Below, in pieces: positions 1 through 16,169 of a DNA stretch of 64,000 bases. Source of the DNA: the human T2T-CHM13v2.0 reference genome, Homo sapiens; the NCBI RefSeq assembly GCF_009914755.1, contig NC_060925.1; one strand, 5' to 3'. Positions within the stretch are counted from its first letter, which is position 1, and each line of letters opens with the position of its first letter. The position numbers were made by a program, and so were the translations under genes. Below the pieces are notes generated by a model. That model was not told the DNA's origin. It was given only the letters and a program-made list of their open reading frames with translations, and did not search any database.

Positions 1-1735
1 AGACTGTCCTTTCCCCATTGTGTGTTCTTGGTATCTTTTTGAAAATTAATTGGCTATAAGGCATGGATTTATTTCTGAGGAGTCTTATTTTTGTTCCATT
101 GGTTGATGTATCTGTTTTTATGTCAGTACCATGCTGTTTTCATTTCTATAGCTTTGTAGTATATTTTGAAACCAGGCAATATGATGCCTCTGGGTTTGGT
201 TTTTGCTCAAGATTGCTTTGGCTATTCAGAGTCTTTTGTGGTTTCATACAAATTTTAAGATTGTTTTCTATTTCTCTGAAAAATGTCATTGAACTTTTGA
301 TAGGGATTCCATTGAATATATAGATTGCTGTTGGTTGTATGGACATTTTATCAATATTAATTCTTCCAATTCCTGCACAGTGAATATATTTTCATTTATA
401 ATGTCTTCTTCAATTTCTTTCATCAATGTTTTATAATTTTCAGTGCACAGGTTTTTAACTTTCTTGGTTAAATTTATTCCTATTTTATTATTGTTTTGAT
501 AGTTTTTATAGATAGTATTGCTTTCTTGATTTCTTTTTTGGATAGTTTGTCGTTAGTGTATAGAAATGCTACTAATACTTGTATGTTGATTTTGAATCCT
601 GAAATTTTCTTGAATTTATTTATTAGTTATAACAGCTTTTTGGTGGAGTCTTTAGGTTTTCCTATATATATAAGATCTTGGTGTCTGTAAACAGGGACAA
701 TTTAACTTCTTCTTTTCTAATATACTTTGATGACTTTTAGTTATTTCTCTTGCCTAATTTTTCTGATAGGACTGCCAGTACTATGTTGAATAGAAGTAGC
801 AAGAGTAGGCATTGATGTCTGGTCATAAAGGTAAAGAGTTCAACTCTTCACTGTGGAGGATGATGTTAGCTGTGGGCTTCTCATATATGGCCTTTATTGT
901 TTTAAGGTACATTCCTTCTATACTTAATTTGCTGAGAGTTATTGTCATGAAAGAATGCTGAATTTTGTAAAACGACTTTTTTGCATCTATTGAGATTATT
1001 ATATTGTTTTTGTCCTTTATTCTGTTAATGTGTTATATTACATTTATAGATTTCTATATGTTGAACCAACCTTGCATCCCTGAGATAAGTCCCACTTGAT
1101 CATGATGAATGATCCTTTTACAGTGCTGTTGGATTTGGTTTGCCAAAATTTTGTTGAGAATTTCTGTAACTATGTTAATCAAGAATATTGGCCTGCAATT
1201 TTTCAATTCTTTTTAAAAAATTTATTATTATACTTTAAGTTTTAGGCTACATGTGCACAATGTGCAGGTTAGTTACATATGTATACATGTGCCACAATTC
1301 TTGAAGTGTTTTTGTCAGGCTTTGGTTTCATAATAATGCTGGTCTCATAAAATGGGTTTGAAAATATAACTTATTTAACTTCTTGGAAGAGTTTAAGAAG
1401 GATTGGTATTAGTTCTTTAAATGTTTGAGTAGAAAACAGCAGTGAAGCCTTCAGGTCCTGGGCTTTTCTTTGATGAGAAACTTTTTATTAATGATTCGAT
1501 CTCTTTATTGCTATTGATCTGTTCAGATTTTCTTTTCTTTTTTGACCTGGGTATCACTGACGAAGTTCAGATTTTATTTCTGCATAATTGTCTTGGTAGG
1601 TTTTATGTGTCTAGGAATTTACCCATTTTTTTTCTAGGTTATCCAATTTGTTGGTGCTTAATTTTTTCTAATAATTTATTAAAATCCTTTGTATTTTGAT
1701 GGTATTAGTTATAATGTCTTCTCTTTCATTTGAGA
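1..1735 (-). mobile_element. Old L1 (L1M-type) ORF2 fragment, runs off window start
   Basis: Minus-strand ORF 146-346 ([21 protein letters not shown]) resembles the L1 ORF2 C-terminal half. T-rich antisense L1 texture with many stops. Confidence 0.9.
1212..1294 (-). mobile_element. 83-bp 5'-truncated L1PA 3' end inserted in older L1
   Basis: ttattatactttaagtttta...tacatgtgcacaatgtgcaggttagttacatatgtatacatgtgcca is the L1PA 3' terminus. TSD caattctt at 1204-1211 and 1295-1302. Confidence 0.88.
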
Positions 1736-2735
1736 TGATTATTTTGCATTCTTTTCAGGTAATTCACAGATCTCCATTTCTTTCGGGTTGGTTATTAGAG
1801 ATTTGTTTTCTTTTTTGATTGTGTTTTGTTTTCTTTAATCTTCATGCTTTTTATAGGTTTGCCTTGTCATCTGTGCATTTGAATAAGCAACTACCTTTCC
1901 CAATCTTTATGGAATAATTTTGACTGGGAGAGACCTTTACTGGTCAGCAGTACTTAATATGAGGCAAGACAGAAAATTATTCCTTAGTGAGCATACTGTT
2001 AAACTGAGGGCAAGGCCCCCTTATACCCTTACCTCCCTTCTGGAGGAAAAGCCTCAGTTCTGTGCTTTTCTCCAATTATACAGAGCAGTGCCAGCTGTAA
2101 GGGGATGCTCACTCTTTTCCTTTATTCTTAGCTGTCCTAGGAGACCAGGATCTCTAGGTTATTTAGTGTACAGCTTTAGGTGAGTTAAAAACCAGCTCCA
2201 TGGAGGGTGCACTGGGGTAGGAATAAGCTTCCTTTTACTTCTTTCCTCCCATATGGAAGGAAAACCTCAATTTTGCACCTATTCCCAATCTTGCAGAGCA
2301 GTACTGGTATAAAAGGCTCACCTTCCTCTTTTCTTTGTTTCTAGATGGCCCTGGAGATGGGATCTACAGGTTGTTCAGTGGTTAGTATTAGGAGGTATAG
2401 AAATCAGCCCCAAGGAGGGCTCCTGAGAAGTCAGGAGGCAAGGCACTCAGACACATGCTCCGATCTCACTTTTCCTCCTATAGTAGAAGTCACAGGCCTA
2501 GGTGATCTTAGTGCTAAGCTAAGCCTGTTTGGAGGGACTGATGCAGGTAAAATAAAATTGTTCTTTTATCCATATGAATGTGACTACTTTAAGTTTGTTC
2601 TTTTCTAGAGTGCTTTTAGCTAGCTGGATTCTGAGTTTCTCTTCAAGGTATTTTTGTATTAATATCATTGTTTTATTGATGTTTCTAAGGAGGAATGAGA
2701 GGTAGAAATTTCTACTCTGTCATTTGCTCACAGGA
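1736..2735 (-). mobile_element. Probable L1M 5' region (ORF1 start/5'UTR) with two diverged ~215-bp monomers
   Basis: Follows the L1 ORF2 fragment. Related units at about 2030-2200 and 2245-2415 (ggaaaa..cctca...cagagcagt...ggatct..aggtt). Ends with an L1 5'-end-like tctactctgtcatttgctc. Confidence 0.5.
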
Positions 2736-3439
2736 TTTTTTTTTCCAGGAAAACTTGTGGCTTCCAAGTGGATGAGGAGGACTGTGAAGCAGTTATCCCT
2801 GCTGAGTTAGCTTAAACAGGAATTCTGGATTAAATACTGCAAATTGAAACCAACCAGAATAAAAAAAATCCGTAATTATTTGAGTTATAAGTATTACCCA
2901 GAAGATATAATGAATGTAAATCATATAAATTAGAAACTTCTTGTCCTAATTCTGGCTATTTGAATAAGTTGAAAGTCTGGTCTTATTTCAATTCACAAGA
3001 AGCTTGCCAATGGGATTAGGTGCTTTAGGTGTAGATTGTTTTTATACCAGGTGGCCACATTACAAAGTGACCTTTTTACACAGACTTTTCAGCTGAAGGA
3101 CTTTTAAAACTCCTTACTGAAATGTTTTCAAAGCAAGTGAAACCATTGTCCTGCTTTTGAACATTGAGCACATGAAAACCTTGTGAAAATAGTTCATTGG
3201 GAATTTCTAAGCTGAGAGAATACTTGGTGTTTCCCAATTCGCAGAGGAAAATGCAGAACCCCTCTGGAGGGACGTTTCTTCAATGCGTGGCACACAAGAT
3301 TCCATAGATAAAGCCACAATGAAGATAAGCTCACATTTCAAAATTACAGCACACTAGACAAACAATAAACTGTGAGTGACAGTATACCAATTAATAGAAC
3401 TGTCACATGGTGACTGTCAAATATGCATAATTAAAATGA

Positions 3440-3644
3440 TGTAACAGATGGAATAAAATCATAAAAGTATTCTGAATTAGAATAGGGATTTCAAAAATAG
3501 TAAAATATGACTTTTAGAAATGGAAATATGTAAGAATTGAAATTAGTAGGTTAAATATATTAGATAAGACTAACAAGAAAGTTAATGTACTAGAAGAGAA
3601 ATCTCAGGAAGTTATCTGGAAAGCACTCAAAAGAAAGAAAATGT
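3440..3644 (+). mobile_element. Ancient L1M ORF1 remnant (5' part), interrupted by L1PA
   Basis: A-rich degenerate ORF1 coiled-coil-type sequence. It continues after the TSD at 9202. Confidence 0.6.
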
Positions 3645-4100
3645 TGGAGTTAAACGTCCCTGTCTGACAGCTCTGAAGAGGGCAGTGGTTCTTCCAGCAT
3701 GGCGTTCGAGCTCTGAGAACAAACAGACTGTCTCCTCAAGTGGGTCCCTGACCCCCATGTAGGCTGACTGGGAGACACCTCCCAGTAAGGGCTGACAGAC
3801 ACCTCATACAGGCAGGTGTCCCTCTGGGACGAAGCTTCCAGTGGAAGGATCAGGCAGCAATATTGGCTGTTCTGCACTATTTGCTGTTCTGCAGCCTCTG
3901 CTGGTGATACCCAGGAAAACAGGGTCTGGAGTGGACCTCCAGCAAACTCCAACAGACCTGCAGCTAAGGGACCTGATCGTTAGAAGAAAAACTAACAAAC
4001 AGAAAGGAATAGCATCAACATCAACAAAAAGGACATCCACAGCAAAACCCCACCTGTAGGTCACCAATATCAAAGACCAAAGGTAGATAAAACCACAAAG

Positions 4101-5124
4101 ATGGAAAGAAACCAGAGCAGAAAAGCTGAAAATTCCAAAAACCAGAGTGCCTCTTCTCCTCCAAAGGATTGCAGCTCCTTGCCAGCAGCCGAACAAAACT
4201 GGATGGAGAATGACTTTGAAGAGTTGACAGAAGTAGGCTTCAGAAGTTCGCTAATAACAAATTTCTCTGAGCTAAAGGAGCATGTTCTAACCCATCACAA
4301 AGAAGTTAAAAACCTTGAAAAAAGGTTAGACGAATGGCTAACTACAATAAACAGTGTAGAGAAGACCTTAAATGACCTGATGGAACTGGAAACCACAGCA
4401 CGAGAACTTTATGATGCATGCTCAAGGTTCAATAGCTGATTTGATCAAGTGGAAGAAAGGATATCAGTGATCGAAGATCAAATTAATGAAATAAAGCAAA
4501 AAGACAAGATTAGAGAAAAAAGAGTAAAAAGAAATGAACAAAACCTCCAAGAAATATGGGACTATGTGAAAAGACCAAATCTATGTTTGACTGGTGTACC
4601 TGAAAGTGACAGGGAGAATGGAACCAAGTTAGAATACTCTTCAGGGTATTATCCAGGAGAACTTCCCCAACCAAGCAAGGCAGGCCAACGTTCAAATTCA
4701 GGAAATACAGAGAACACCACAAAGATACTCCTTGAGAAGAGCAACTCTAAGACACATAATTGTCAGATTCACCAAAGTTGAAACAAAGGAAAAAATGTTA
4801 AGGGCAGCCAGAGAGAAAAGTCGGGTTACCCACAAAGGGAAGCCCATCAGACTAAGAGCAGATCTCTCTGCAGAAACCCTACAAGCCAGAAGAGAGTAGG
4901 GGCCAATATTCAACATTCTGAAGGAAAAGAATTGTCAAACTAGAATTTCATATCCAGCCAAAGTAAGCTTCATAAGTGAAGGAGAAATAAAATCCTTTAC
5001 AGACAAGCAAATGTTGAGAGATTTTGTCACCACCAGGCCTGCCTTACAAGAGCTCCTGAAGGAAGCATTAAACATGGAAAGGAACAACCCATACCAGCCA
5101 CTGCAAAAACATGCCAAATTGTAA
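4101..5124 (+). pseudogene. L1 ORF1p, disrupted
   Basis: MERNQSRKAENSKNQSASSPPKD...; EIWDYVKRPNL motif. Stop at 4437-4439 plus downstream frameshift and stop. Confidence 0.93.
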
Positions 5125-5184
5125 AGACCATTGATGCTAGGAAGAAACTGCATCAATTAATGGGTAAAACAACCAGATAACATC

Positions 5185-8982
<3,798 letters not shown>

Positions 8983-9201
8983 ACAATGAGAACACATGTA
9001 CACATGGTGGGGAACATCACACACTGGGGCAGGTTGGGGGGTGGGGAGAGGGGGGAGGGATAGCATTAGGAGAAATACCTAATGTAAATGATGGGTGTAG
9101 CAAGCCAACATGGCACATGTATACCTATGTAACAAACCTACACGTTGTGCACATGTACCCTGGAACTTAAAGCATAATAAAAAAAAAAAGAAAGAAAATG
9201 T

Positions 9202-9770
9202 AAAATAGAAAACATCAAGCGACATTGAAGGTATAAGAAAATAAAACATATCTACTAGGAGTTTTAGTAAGAAAGAATAAAGAGAATGGAGGAGGGGTAA
9301 TATTCAAAGATAGAGCAGCTAATAATTTTTTCAGCATTGATTAAAAAAACAAAAACAAAAACATAAGTCCTAATATTTAAGAAGCACAACCAGGTTCCTG
9401 GCAGAATAAATAAGATAAATCCACACATAGAGAGAGCTTAGTGAAACTACAGAACATCAAAGACAGAAAGAATATAGATAATATATTAAATATATTAGAT
9501 AAGACTAAAAAGAAAGTTAATGTACTAGAAGACAGTGGAATAATATCATCAAAGTGTTAAGAGAAAACAAAATTAACTTAAATTCTATAACCAGCTAAAT
9601 TCTTTTACTAACAAATTCCCTTGCAAAAACAAAAACACATTTTCAGACAAAATAAAAGTAAAAGAACTTAGCATCAAAAAACCTAACTAAAGGAACTACT
9701 GAAGGATATAATTCAGGAAAAGAAAATTGAACTAACAAGGAAGGCGTATGAAGGAATAGTGAGCAAATGA
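9202..9770 (+). mobile_element. Ancient L1M ORF1 remnant (3' part)
   Basis: Degenerate ORF1 C-terminal motifs (gacagtggaataatatcatcaaagtg; aattctataaccagctaaa; ctaaaggaactactgaagga). Confidence 0.75.
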
Positions 9771-10840
9771 ACTGCTGTGTTCCCCCTTACTGCTGCTGGG
9801 TGTCCAGGGCCTTCCAGAGTAGGGACTGACTGTGGAGACCAGGTAGGGAGACATATTCCTATTGCTTCACATTTATTTCTGTGCATTCATAACACATTTC
9901 TCCATAGGAGTGGTGTTGCAAGTAGCGATTGAGTTCCCACTCTGGCCTTTCAAAGCCTATTGAACTCAAATGTTATCAACTCATAAAACTATCTGGTGAA
10001 AGAAATACTTGAGCTCAGAAAGAATTAAGCAAAGATACCAAGAGATTCCTAAATTCGCAAGTCAAAGTCTGGAGTGGTGGCAGTGGAAGTCATGGGAATG
10101 AGGACAATGAGTACACGAGCATTGGCTTTCTAAAAGAAATTCTAGATTCTTGCTCTGAAGAAACATGCAGGCTTCTCCTGGATTCCAATTAAGCTTTCCT
10201 TTTTTTCTTCACTAGTTACTGATGATAAAAATGGAAGAATAAGAACCTTGGAAAAAATATGATCAAAAGGGGATGTGACTGCCAACCAGCTTTTAGATTT
10301 CACAAAAAGGGCCCTTTTAGGCAAATACTTCTTTACCATAAGGGTCCAACTGAATTGCTTAAAGCACATTTAAGTGACGAATCCTTTTTCTGGAAATAAA
10401 CTCACTGGCAGACTGAAGATCAGATGATTCTGCAGGCAATGCATAACATAGAAACCCTCTGGACAGAAGAAATGCCTGAGTCCAGCAGGAAGTGGGCACA
10501 GAAGGTCAGGAGAAGGGAGAGGATAAAATAGATGTTCTTGTTTGGCACCAATGATCTGCTGCAGGCAGTCCCATAAACATTCATAAGCTTGTCCCACAGT
10601 AGGGTAGAGTGCAGAGTTAGGACAGGTGGAGTGTAAAGGGAAATCCCAGGGTGGCTGGAAATGGAGAGTTTCTAGGAAAGAGGACAAGTCAAGTAGGAAG
10701 AATTAAAGTTACCCTGTACCCATCTTCACACTCAAATAGAGATGAAGTATATGGAGTACTACAGGGGAAAATGGAAGTCTGAGAGCACAAAATTATTTTG
10801 TAGGACAGAAGAGAAATTTCTGCTCATAGAACCAGTAGAT

Positions 10841-10880
10841 ATTATGTTAGTATACTTCTAGTTATGTTAGTATACTTCTA
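10841..10880. repeat. 20-bp tandem duplication
   Basis: (a/g)ttatgttagtatacttcta occurs twice in tandem. Confidence 0.9.
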
Positions 10881-11762
10881 ACAGAAGGTTTTTAAGCCTA
10901 AGCACAGTTGCTTGACTGTAGTAAAGTCCATCTTAAACTTTTGATCAGACTAAAGGTAATGTCTAGTATGATATAGTCAAATGAATGAGAAAGCAATAAG
11001 TCATTAAAATTACTGCTTTTCTATGAAGGATTTCCATTTAATAAAGCCTCGCTTTTTAAAAAATAAAATGGTTAATATTCTAGAAAGGTGCTGACAACCT
11101 TAATTAGCCTTTAATTGGGGAACAGGGATGTCATAATTAAGCAATCTGACAGAATGAGAGCTGAGGCACTGGCTTGAAGGGTTATGTTAATTTGAAAAGT
11201 AATTTATGCTACATGATAATCTTACCTCCTGAGCTCCTCTTTTTTTTTTCTATTTTTTTAACTCAGAAAATATGGACAGTGAATTACTATCACTTCTCGT
11301 TTTTGCTTTTTTATCCTGTCATTATCACCATACTACATCATCAAGATAGTTTTATTGCTTTCCCCTATGAATTATTTATTATAGCAGGAGTCTTTGTACA
11401 AAATTCCAAGGAGATACATCAATTCTGTTTAACAAATATTTGTTGAATGTCTGCTATGTCAAGTGATGTACCAGGGCCTGCAGCTGTAAAGATGGGATAA
11501 TATAAAAATGAGTGAGGGAGGCAGGCAGGTAAAGCGGTCAGCTCAACATTATGAGCTGGGTGATAAAGGTGACTAAGGAGAACACTTTGTGCAGCCTGGG
11601 CTTTATTATTAACAGGGGCCTAGTGCTTAGGACACTAAGCTTCTTATCTTAACAGCCAGTGACTTAGCAACGGGCTGTCTTATTCCAAAGCCTGCTTTTA
11701 AACCCAACCACCCTATGCCTTAATTTTCTCATTGCTAAATACGAAAAATATTAGTGTTTCCC

Positions 11763-12272
11763 TGTAGTGGACATTTGCCTGGCAGCTTTCTTTCCACTGG
11801 GAACTCGTATGGCACCTGTTGGTCTGCCAATCCCACTATCTGATGATCTCTGGTGCAAAGGGATGATCACACGACTCAAGCCTGGCCCTTAGAGTGCCTG
11901 GTCTGAGTGTTGCGCATATGACTTAGCAGAGGCATTCACAGCCCTCCCGCTAAAGCAAGAGGGAGGGCATGAGCAAGAGAGAGACTCTTTCCCTTTGACC
12001 TCTCAGCATGGGCATGTAAGCTTGGAGTTTCAAGCAGCAATTTCCCTAGCTAGGTATGTCAAGAGTGACTCTGAATGCAGCCCACACTCACAGCAAAATA
12101 GAGCTGAGAGATGAAAACAGTGACAAATCCTGATAGCATTGTTTAATCTCATGGATTCAGCCTTTCTGAAGCCAGGAATATCTACCCCTGGATGTTCTGG
12201 TTCTGCAAGACAACAAATTTCCTTTGTTGCTAGGCTATTTTGAGTCAGTTTTATATTATTACCAAAATTCCT
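11763..12272 (+). mobile_element. MaLR solo LTR (MLT1I/J-like) inserted in a MIR
   Basis: Starts tgtagtgg. 3' motifs ggattcagcc...gaagccag...cccctgga...aaatttcctttgttg. MIR-like sequence lies on both sides (about 11620-11760 and 12280-12400). Confidence 0.65.
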
Positions 12273-14654
12273 GTTTAATAGTAAATAGCATGAGGTTTCT
12301 GTGAGAATAACATGAAATAGTATAGATACAGCATGATTCCTGGAATATTATAGACTCTAAATTCTGAGTGTCATTGTTATCATCATCATCATTATCATTA
12401 TTAGCACAAGATGGTCTTCTTTCTCCTCTTAGGGCTCTTTCTTCTTAAGTGGTCTATAGAATGGAATGCGGTTTACAATATTTTCTCCCTTCTGTAATGC
12501 TTATTAGAAAGAACTCAGAAATTCTTGACATTTTCTATAGTTGGTTTATATTTTGCTAGTCACTCTTCACAGTGCTATTAAGGAACTAGAATGCTTCAAG
12601 GCTGCGGGCCTTTGTGTACAGCCAGTCTTCAGATTTTCATGCTTCAGTGGGCAGAGGAAGAGACTTTGCTTAAAAAACATCTGTCCTATGGATTTTCACC
12701 ATTGGTTGTAAAAGAAGCCTCAGCATCTCTGCTGCAGTTTGCTTAACGTTCCCCATGACCCTGCTGCTTGGTTCCATCTCTACATGCTTGCTCCAGTTTG
12801 CCTCAAAATCATTCCTAGCTTTTCTTTGTCCATCTGAGCCCAGCTTCCCTTCAAGATCCAGATCAACTTCCGTGTTCTTCCTGGAGCTTTTCTTGGACAT
12901 TCTCTCTGAACTGACTCTCCTTACCTGAAACTTGTAATATCCTTCTGTGAGTAGTTACTTTTAAATGGGTGATTGCTTTAGCTCCTCAATAAGACCTTGT
13001 TGTCATTGAAAGGAAGGGGTATTTCGGAATTTCTCTGAACCTTGCACATGCTAGATTCTCTATAAATATTGGTTCAAAACGAACCATTCACATTAGGCAA
13101 TATTCTCAGCGGCAGATGAAGACTTGCCACTGGTTGGTTGTAATGCCACACAGTGAACCTAGCTCCAAAATCCCAGCAGCTGTCTTTACAAGCCACAGCT
13201 CCACGACAGAGATTCTAGGTGCCAGTTTTCACTGCCTTTGCAGTTTGAGGTCAAGTCACATAAATTCCTTCTTTCCATTATTTCATGTTTCACCTTGTAC
13301 TGTGCCTCAGCGTTGTCTAGGAGATTGGTATGGATGCTTAAGGTTTAATGAGTTAAACGTGAAATCTCATTATTTATACCATAATCCTGTCATATTCTAA
13401 GGGTCTACAGCAACTTCCAAAAATTGATTTCTCTTGGCCTTTCTCTGTTTGCTATGTAGATCAACTACATGCACCATACAGTGAGGTTGCTATTTTTGTG
13501 TGTGATGAGACAATGATTTATGCTGTTTTAGACAAATTGCAATGATAGTTATTTGTGAGATTTTCTCTCCTAATATTATATATCCACTTCATTAAAGCCA
13601 AGATTGAAGTGCACAGCTAACTGCTTCATTCTCTGCTTCAATCTTAAACACTTAGCATGTGTTTTAGTGTTCTTTTGGAAGCTTTTCGACCAAGACTTTG
13701 GATGATGCAAATAGAGAATTTTCCACCTTAGATTCGAGGCATACTTTGGCAAAAGAAGACATAATGCATTTATAAGTTCTTTGAAAACTATACATCATTG
13801 TAAAAATGAGGGCTATTATAATTAGAAGACTCATGATTCTGGCAGCTAAGAGATTGCTTTATATTAGTTCAGAAGCTTATTTTCTTTAGGATTTTGGTAA
13901 CAGCATTCTCACACGTTAATATGAAAATGGTGTTATTGTATATTCAGGTCTGGCTCTTTTGACTGACCCCCATAGAGGAAGCAAGAGGAAATTGAACACA
14001 CATACACCCACACCTAACCACACACAGCACCCCCCCACCCTGTATGTATAATTTAATGAAAAATATTCAATATCAGAGCAATTGCTAAAAAGGAAATTTT
14101 CCAGAAAACTGTAACTATGTATTAACACATTATACCTAAAAGCATAACGCATATTATTATTTTTCAGTAATCTTAGCAAAGATAAAGTGTATAAGAAACA
14201 AAATAAATGACTTACAAAGGAAGGGCCTTTACTTTAAGGACCTTTAAAAACGAGCACAAAAGGATTAATTTTCAATTACATATATTGAATTGAATCTTAG
14301 ACACTAGAAATGAGAGCATTTTTCACATAGTGTTAACACATACTATAAAATACATGTTGTAAAAGGGGTCAGACCACCAACATTACAAAAGCAGCTTTGA
14401 CAGCTATATAATAAAACTCTTAGTTCATCATTTTATACATAGATAGCAAGTATGAGATGAGAAAAGGAACTGCATCCTTTTTTATGTGATGGCTTGTCTT
14501 TCAGATACCATTTCAGTTAGTAATTATTGGTATTTACTTTCTGTTTAAAAGCAAATAGAAAGCAGGCTTAAACATCACTCCTACTATACACAAGCAATTT
14601 TGAAGTACATCATTTGTAAAAAAGAAGGATCAAGAATAAAAATATATTTATAGG

Positions 14655-14866
14655 CAATGGTGGGCTGGAGATGAGTGGAGTTAACCCACAAGAAGTGATT
14701 GTGTGTATCTCCTCCCAACTCCCTGTTCAGTGACATCATGACTATATCTTGAAATTCATCATGGTAGGAGTATTTCACCTCAGATATTGGCAAATGTTGC
14801 AAATCAGCTCTCCTTCCCTATCCACAATGAAGAGCTGGTTGTTAAACATTTTTCAGGCCATTACTG
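14655..14866 (+). mobile_element. MER63A-like hAT (Blackjack) non-autonomous DNA transposon
   Basis: caatggtgggctggag...ctcccaactccctgttcagtgacatca...gagctggttgttaaacatt...ttactg. About 210 bp with degenerate TIRs. Confidence 0.8.
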
Positions 14867-15944
14867 AGGTGCACACATAAGTGAGTGTCAGTAGATCATA
14901 CCTTAATGATGATACTCAGGAGGAACCACACTCATAATTGTTGGCACTATATGAAGTTGAAAAAAAAATCTCTGTCAGATACTTTGAAAATAATGCAGAT
15001 AGTTTAATATTAAAGCAATGGTCTTCTTATCCAGAGGCGCATTGGCTAATATTGCTTGGATTCATATAAATTGCCTCATTAGATGTGGTGTTCCATCAAT
15101 CTAGGGCAAGGGTACATCAGGGAGATCTGTAAGGTTTTTGGAATACTGTGGTCTCAAAATTGTAGAGTGGCTGAGTGCTCAACATTATATTGAGTATACT
15201 TTATATATGTCATAATTTTACTAACAATATACTCCTTACTGTCTGTATTTCCTTGAGATTTCTTCTAATTTGCATAATCCTCATGAATGACTCTACATTC
15301 TTCTCTTGGAAGGAAGATAAAGGAAACCATGTCTGTAACTAAGTTCCTATCATCAATAGGTCATAGTTTTGGTTATTCAGGAACTTTTAACTTCACCTCT
15401 GTTCATAAATGATTTTTTGTTTTCAACTGTGGGGTCCATTTGGGCTCTGGTCTTCCGAGGTGGCTAAGAGGTCTCACTAGCTTGGCTGGCAGGTCCATTT
15501 TCAGGAGCTTTCTGTTTGTTCTTTTTCATTTGTACTCTCACTTTTGTTTTTCTTTTCTCTAACTTTTTGGAGATCATCTATCCTGGGGAAGCCCTTCTTG
15601 TCATTCATTGTGCATATTGTTCTTGTTTGGCTTTGGAAGTTCTCTCTCTTTCTACAGACTGCTGTCCGTGTTTTTGGGAGCCATGCTTTCTGGAACACAT
15701 TCATCCTTTTTATTTTAACTACTCAAATATATGAAGATTTTTACTTGTTTTTCTCCATGGTGATCTTCCTATGAAGAAAGGCCCATGAAAAAACATTGTT
15801 TGCTCACTTTCCTGGAATTTAGACTTCAGGACCTGCTTCAGTGTTATTATCACCGATGTGCCACTTCTTCCTTCGCCTTCCACCCATGATTCCCCAGCTA
15901 ATATTTACTTCAGGATCCTGCAGGTGCAGCATGCATGCATGAGT

Positions 15945-16110
15945 TCATTCACACATTCAACAAATATTTAATGGGGACATACCATGCACCAAATATTGTA
16001 TTTGGTGCTGGAGATACTCTTACATTCTAGAAAGGGTAGACTGAAAATAAGTACTTTTCAGATAATTAAAATATAGTGATGTGTGTGAGGATAGCAAAAA
16101 ACAGGGCTGG
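15945..16110 (-). mobile_element. L2 3' end
   Basis: cattcaacaaatatttaatgggg...ggtgctggagatac is the antisense L2 tail. Confidence 0.7.
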
Positions 16111-16169
16111 TAGGCAGGCACAAGTAGTGGCCAGAGTCCTGGCCAGAAGAGGCAGCACCTGGCAGGGTC

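Noticed and set aside
10142-10687. Two adjacent minus-strand ORFs (75 and 105 aa) and a + strand acceptor-like ttttttcttcactag
   Set aside because: No recognisable domain or codon pattern and no matching donor. Consistent with chance ORFs.
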